From assembly GCF_018977255.1 (NCBI RefSeq), contig NW_024704743.1, forward strand, positions 38,318,001 to 38,382,000: DNA of 64,000 nucleotides, read 5' to 3'. Each line of letters opens with the position of its first letter. Positions within the stretch are counted from its first letter, which is position 1. Below, piece after piece: positions 57,511 to 64,000 of the stretch. The translations under genes were made by a program, and so were the position numbers. Under the pieces are notes generated by a model. It worked only from the letters and a program-made list of their open reading frames with translations. It made no database searches and had not been told where the DNA came from. Source of the DNA: Callorhinchus milii. Its lineage: Eukaryota.

Positions 57511-60500
57511 TTATACCAACGTTCATGGAAAATTAATATAATACTTGTTAAAGCACTTTCCAGGTAATTTCTGTAAACTGTATGTTTTGTGGGCAAACTC
57601 AGCAGCGAATTTGTACAAAGCAATGACACACACTATCATGAAATGAATTGGTAGCTATTAGACCAGAAAAACTTATTTTTATCAAATGATAATAATCCTT
57701 ACATTTACATTTCATGTCGGGAGGCCATCTCAAAGCGCTTCACAGCATAGAATGCAAAGTGGAATGACTGGGTTTTTTATGGACAAATTANTTTTTTTAT
57801 GGACAAATTTTTATGGACAAATTTTATGAGATCATTAACGTTTACCTGAATAGGTAAATGAGACCAAGGTTTAATGTTTCAATGCAGCAATCAAAAGCAC
57901 TGCAATGCCATGTCACCCATGACTTAAAAGCTCAAAATACCAACATGGGGTATAAATCGACAACCTTCTGATTGAGAGGTGAGAAGGCTTCCAACTGAGC
58001 CACCTGAGCTGTATGGAATTATTTCAAAGCACAGTAATCCAAAAACAGGGTCGCCTTGTACCTAGCTTTGTATGAAGTCTCAACGATGTGATAAGGTGCT
58101 GTATCAAATGCAAGTATTATTATTATTGCTGTTCTTCCACTACAATTCCAAACTCAAAGTAATTCGACATTCTTGATCTGAACCTCTCTTGGGATCTTTT
58201 GTGTGATCTACCTACAAAAACCTACTGAAGATTAATAGATATGAAACTTGGCCCTGGTGTTATAACACCCTTATAGGTTCACCTGTGCACATTGATATGA
58301 ATGATGCAATGCATATACAGTATATCATATCACACAAGTTCTCTCAACGAATAAATCTGAACTTAAATTTGCTAATACCACGTGTTGCTAATTTTTTAAA
58401 ACTTGGCCTCAGTGCTCTGAGATAAGCCAGTCACCCCTGTTGAAAGTGTGTCTTCACAGACGTGAGGACACAATCAGTCTTGTAATTCCCCGCAGGGCCA
58501 AATTGCCCGATGATAAAAAAATTATAATCCTTGCACTGAGCAGAAAATTCTGTGAAGCTCTTTGAGACGTTTGACATGATAAGTTGTAAATATTAAGCTA
58601 AAGATGATTATTATTTTTCAATACAGATGTTGATCTGTTCAACTTTATTCCGGAAAAATATAGGGTTTGAATCCACTAAGGATTCAAGTAAATACAGGAG
58701 AATTGCTCACAATTATCGATCAGTAGAATGTCCCTTTCCACTGTTCATTGCAACGTTGCAGCCGAAAGCAAAACCCAACCATTAGTAGAACATTCAATGC
58801 AAATGAAACAGCTCAATAATTGGAAACTGAGCACTTAACCTGTATTAATAATTTGAGTGATATTTAGCACCAGCTGTATCTGTGGCAAAATTACACTCCA
58901 AACTTACCCAAACCATTAGCTACATTTCAGCATTGTACGTTTTGCAATTTAGCAAAAATAATTTTAAAAAGCAGAGAATTATGAACTCGAAAAGCCACTT
59001 ACCTGGAGCAAGTGAACCTCAAAATGCCAAATCTAAATAGAATCTCAAAACTGAAGAGGATTGCAGAGTGCTAGAAGCATGCTAATAGATTCAGAGTGCC
59101 ATGGGTGATGGTCTATTAAGCAAGCGGTAAGTGGAGCAGTACCACTCAAAATAGCTCTTTCTGCCTCAGTAAATACCGTGGTCATACCTGTTAGCCTCAT
59201 GAAAGTGCACACATTGTGTTACGTCTGTTTATCTCTTTTGATAAAATGCACAACTACATTTAAAAAAACTAATTAAAATTAATGCCTTGCATTCACAATT
59301 GCATATAGCAGACACATGTAATGAATGCAAACTAAACTGAGATGGATTGCAATAACTTAGTTCATAGCATGATATATATACCCAGAGAGGGCTGATAATG
59401 AAGATCTGTAGAATATGAGTTATATTCTTTGATTGAAATAGCCTGAAAATAAACAAGAAAGAATTAGGTTGCATTTGAATAGTCTCTTATAGTTCAAAAC
59501 ATGTCAAATTGCTTTACATTGGCAATTGTGTTGATTGTATTTTTTGTAGGAAGTTGTGTCATTCTGATCACAATACAGTCTCATAAACAGCTATGAGATC
59601 TAAAGGATTATTGTTCATAAAACTGGGGGGAAAATCCCTCCTTTTGAATAGTAACACAAGATCTTTAACATACTCCTGAGGATAGACAGCTGGAAGCTCA
59701 GTTCAATGTCAACGTTCAATGCCTCTGACAATACACAAATCATGATGCAGTTGTGCAATTTGAATTTAAATAAAAAGTAAAGACGAAAGCCAAGAGGAGG
59801 ATGTTGGAGGCCGGGCTGCAAAGCGGTGAAGAAACAGAGTGGTGGTGAGTCTCAGGGACAGGTCCAGGAGGTCACTGAGCACAAGCCCTTCCTGCAAACA
59901 GCCATGATCTGATGACGGTTTTGTTACCAAAAAATAAAAAAGCAAAAGGCAACGGAAAGAAATGCAGATGTCTCTGGATTTGGGCTGCCTGGGAAACAGC
60001 TGTGGGAAGGCTGTGCTTTCTCCAGCATTCCCTTTACTGTGTCCACTTGTGGTGCAGCCTCTGATATCAGTGCCTATTTAGGGTGAAAGTGGAAATGTCA
60101 AGCCTGTCTCTCCTCCCCCACCACCATCGCAGTGCTTTTACTTTCACTTTGTGTTAGTTAGATGCAGCCCTCTCTCTCTCCCTCTCCAGTTTTCGAGTGT
60201 GTCTATTCCTTGCTGTTACACGGCTGTGCCCACACCACTCACCACAGTCCTTTGGTTTGCTGTGCAGATGTTTATTACTCCGTGTAGGTGATTAAGTGCT
60301 CCCTGCAGATGGTTAGTACTCACTACAGATATTTAATACTCTGTGTAAATGCTTTGTATTCTGTACAGATCTTCAAGTGCTGTTAAGTCTGGATCGTAAG
60401 TACTGTAAGTCCTGACATAAAGGCGCTATATAAATGCAGAATTGGCAGAAAGTTGTCAACTAGTAAATCATGTTTACGTAGCGTAACCATGGAGGTGTCT

Positions 60501-60631
60501 CACAGATTTAACTGTGTTAAAATAATCATTGTATTTTGTAATTTTTTAAATATTTGCAGCAATGCAATGTTTTTGCCTTTGGGTTACAGGCATAAAAAAT
60601 GTTGTGAACCTGCCCACACCCCCAAACAGAC

Positions 60632-61131
60632 ATGGAGCTCAGCGTGGAGATTCTGCGTTGGATGTGTGGTGGAATCCAAGCAATATGCTGGACAATAGAT
60701 CACCTATTGTATTGCTTTATTATCATGTCAGTTATTGGGTTGATAATGCATTGCATATGCAAAGATCCCTCCTTACCTGAGAACATATTAATATCTAAAG
60801 AGGGAAAAGGGGATAACATTACTGGAGAACAAACGATTGAAGCGAATGAAGATTCCTTTGGTATAACAAAGACAGAAGACCTTAGGAAGCTCATAGAGAA
60901 TCAAGCCAATAAGCACATTGTTACCAGCCTTGTTGATCCTCTGCACCAGAGTAATGGAAAAAAAAGACTTACTGCTTTGATTGAACATAGTAAAGATGAA
61001 GATTTTCCTTGGAGTGATATCCTGTATGTAGACAACCCAGCCGAAGAATTTGACATCTACACAAGTATGAGCGAAGGAGACCAGGGGGATCTGAGGTGGA
61101 GGGATACTGACAACACAAAACAACATGGCAG
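60632..61131 (+). CDS. Probable first coding exon of downstream gene (N-terminal hydrophobic/TM segment plus acidic linker); possibly OTULIN/FAM105 family
   Basis: Acceptor ttacag|60590, strong Kozak gacATGG, long non-repeat ORF, hydrophobic LLYCFIIMSVIGLIMHCIC, donor GGC AG|gtattg; synteny expectation. Confidence 0.6.
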
Positions 61132-62599
61132 GTATTGTAATATTTATTGGTATTCTCATAGCATTCCATCTTTTTACACTTTCTTCCCACGGTCTTTTAT
61201 GGTTTGTTTTCTGATTGACTGAAAGCTAGTGACTGACTAACCATTGTAAACAGGGGACCCTGAATAGCATAAGCAGCGTGGATCTGCGGTGGTTGTCCTA
61301 AACAATAACAGATTGTTGATGAGCACATGGACGAGAGCATCTCAAAATGAAAATCAAAAGGTCAAGGGTCAGCAAGATAGAGAATAAGCACACTGAACTT
61401 TGCTTCTGTTACTTAAACTGGTGGCAAACCATGCAAAAATAATTCTTTATATGTATTCTGTGCCAAATCTTGGGCAAATAGATGCACGTGTGATCTGGCA
61501 TGAAATTGTGCGTTGTGGCTTTGTGTTTGTGATCTCCCCGCGCAATAACTAAGTAGGTAAGCTGTGTGCATCTTATACATTGGCTTCCCAACACACATTT
61601 TATTTCCAACCAAATCAAAAGCAGGTAATCGTGCACATTTAGCACCGGGTGCAGTGTGATGGCATTAGCAGTTATGAGAAAGTGGTGTGGTATGAAAGCA
61701 GTCAGCCTCACTGGGATGGGATATGAGGGAGGAAATATTTCTATTTCCTTTCTTGATGTTAATGACTACAGTAGTTCCAACATTCCATCAATAACAGTCA
61801 TGAGTGATCAGTCATGATTACCAGTTCAGGATTTTATTAAGGGTTTGAATAAAGGGCATCCACACAACCTGAACCAAACAAAAAATTGGCTGACATGTAA
61901 AATGTAGAAGGATACTGGGGTGAATCTTGTAGTAATTCTTAATATGAATTAAGAAGAAATTCAGCTGTACAGACTTGGGAACACCAATCCAACTCAATGT
62001 ATTTCCAGAGTGGAATTCCCTTCTTTCTTCAGTTGACACAAATGTGTGACATATTTTTGGTTACCTTGCTGTGCAATACTTTGCTGTTTCCTACATCAGC
62101 CCCAATCAAGCTCAAGTGTGGATAGGTTTCACTGTAATGATCTCTTGTCCTGCTTTGTTCTAGTGATGAAGAGGATCTCTACCGCAGTGTGGATGACATT
62201 AAGCAAAGTCAGCTCAGTAAGTCTGATACTAAGCAGCTATTTACTTGTAGCGGTCACAGATTAGATCAGCGTTGTACTTTGAGAAATTTGAACACCGCAG
62301 ATAGTTTGTCTCTATCCAGAGGAAAGTCTCTCTTCAAAAGAACCTAAGATAGTTCGGATAAAATTGCTGTTTTTTCTAGTTATGGATCTGCCAAGTTGGA
62401 TCTTACATTGGCTGTGCATAGAGGAGATCCAGGAGCTTTGTAATGAGAGGTTGTGACATTGGAGCGAGTTGACTTGCCAATGCCCCATACATGTGCGGAC
62501 GCTTTGACATCATCACATAGGTACTGGGATGATGTGGAAACCTTTGCGCTCTCTCTCTCTCTCTCTCGCCATCATTACAACGTTGTTTTTGATTTTTGC

Positions 62600-62860
62600 T
62601 ATCCAAGTAACGGTAACAGAATTATGATTCTATCTCTATCTCTCTGCCTCCATCCTTGACTCCAGGACCACTGCTGTCCTGATAGAATGTCTGTCAGACA
62701 TCAAGTCCTGGATGAGAGCTACAGTTGGACATCAAAAAGACCCAAGGCCCTCCTAATTGGCTTCCGTCAGCGCCTTCACACCCCAGGCACTGATAGCAAT
62801 ACCATCCAAGGATGCACACTCCACTGAGCCAGTTTTGTGCGCGAACATCTTGGTATTTCT
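62600..62860 (+). mobile_element. L2 RT-region remnant
   Basis: ECLSDIKSWM...KKTQ remnant; similar to 80-210. Confidence 0.65.
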
Positions 62861-63089
62861 TACTAATATCTTGCGCATGAATATCTTACGATACTTACAA
62901 TCAGCATCATGTGCAGACGGATAAATAGATTATTACACTGAGTGGTTATTACACCTTTCATCTCCATAAGACCATAAGAAGTAGAACCAGGAGAAGCCTA
63001 TTCGGCCCCTCAAACCTGCCCCGTCATGACTGATCTTCTCACATTTTTAACAAAATGGAATTTTTTTTAAAAGTTGGAATTATATTAGA

Positions 63090-63300
63090 GGATTGTTGGC
63101 CAGGACACCTGGAAAAACCCCATGTCTTTTTGAATAGTGTTTTGGGATCTTTAACATTCATCTGAACGATCAAATGGGATCTCAGGTTTCACGTCTCATC
63201 TGAAATCCGGCACCTTGGACAATGCAGCATTCCCCCAGACCTGCAATGGAGAGTCAGCCTACACTGTGAGCTCAAACTCCTGGTGTGGGCTTAAACCCAC
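63090..63300 (-). mobile_element. Old Deu-domain SINE fragment
   Basis: Aligns by eye with 5395-5612 (tgttggccaggacac...aatgcagca...cagcct...ggcttaaacccac). Confidence 0.65.
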
Positions 63301-63640
63301 ATTAACAGCTTGTAAAGCACAGTGAATTCAGAGTTGAATTGTTTCAAACAAGCTAAGCAAAAGGTTCTGAATAAGAGAGTTACAAGGGAGCAACTTGGAT
63401 CACAAATCCCAAAGGACTGTCTCCATATGAAATGGACTGAAATGTTCTATCTTCCCTTATCTTGTGTTGCTCGGTATTTGTGTCCTGTTCTGGAAGTTGG
63501 TTTACAGATATCATGGTTATCTCAGTTGGCTTACTTTCTGAGCAAAGCTAAAGAAAACGGAAAAACTTATAAAGGTGAGCAGTGACGTAGTAACAAAAGA
63601 TAAAATAATGCTTTTCTTTTTGCCTTTTGACAGTGCTCAG

Positions 63641-63704
63641 CTTTGCTCCAAAATGTGACCTTATTTTACACAATGAAAGTAAAGAAGAGACTGATAAAGT
63701 GGAG
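63641..63704 (+). CDS. Probable next exon of downstream gene ((L)SFAPKCDLILHNESKEETDKVE)
   Basis: Strong pyrimidine tract, tandem acceptors at 63633 and 63640, donor GAG|gtaaag; weak resemblance to the LSV-x-x-E-x-D-(I/L) start of OTULIN/FAM105A OTU domains. Confidence 0.5.
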
Positions 63705-64000
63705 GTAAAGTAGCCCTGCTTTCAGTTTATTCAAGAAACCAATCATTTCAAAGGTGTTACTGCATAACATGACACAGCCAGGCTCTTTTGTGATCTCCTG
63801 AGAGCGCATAGAGAAATTTGCAACTTGTTTAGTTTAAGAGGGGCCCTAGTTCCTACACATTCTTGGCACACTAATATTGCAGGTCTTTAACCCCATTTTC
63901 TTCTTCCCATTACATCCTACTTCCACTTAATGCATGTTGCCTTCAGTCAAGAGAGTGGGACTGTGTATTGTCAGGAGGTTAGTTGAAGACTGCAAGAAAG

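Noticed and set aside
57774..57830. Tandem ttttatggacaaatt repeats
   Set aside because: Contains an N; likely a contig-join artefact or simple slippage

Overview
Vertebrate genomic DNA. The repeats (tRNA-Ala-like/Deu-domain SINEs with L2-type tails, many L2 and CR1 fragments) suggest a cartilaginous fish, probably a chimaera; this is inference. The + strand carries the 3' half of TRIO: at least 19 kb of the intron after the first SH3 domain, then 23 coding exons (19081-51960) that I joined by hand with consistent GT-AG phases (4031 nt, about 1340 aa). They encode linker, RhoA-type DH2-PH2 GEF, Ser/Pro-rich region, SH3-2, Ig-like domain and Ser/Thr kinase ending RLLPRV, followed by a 3' UTR with polyA signals. 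From about 59.8 kb a second + strand gene begins, probably a divergent membrane-anchored OTULIN/FAM105-family gene (weak similarity plus known TRIO-OTULINL-OTULIN synteny). The most interesting signals are mostly absent from the ORF track. (1) An alternative terminal exon encoding [19 protein letters not shown], resembling the mammalian Solo/Trio8 tail. (2) An exon-internal donor giving an immediate stop (Trio9S-like). (3) Intron read-through with a distal polyA signal (Trio9L-like). (4) A further candidate Cys-rich terminal exon after an Rbfox-motif cluster. (5) A perfect 36-bp spacerless palindrome. (6) A SINE-L2 partnership with two SINE subfamilies and a tail-swapped copy. I found no evidence for a wholly new multi-gene system. 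Comparisons to mammalian proteins are from memory and need checking. Repeat boundaries are approximate.
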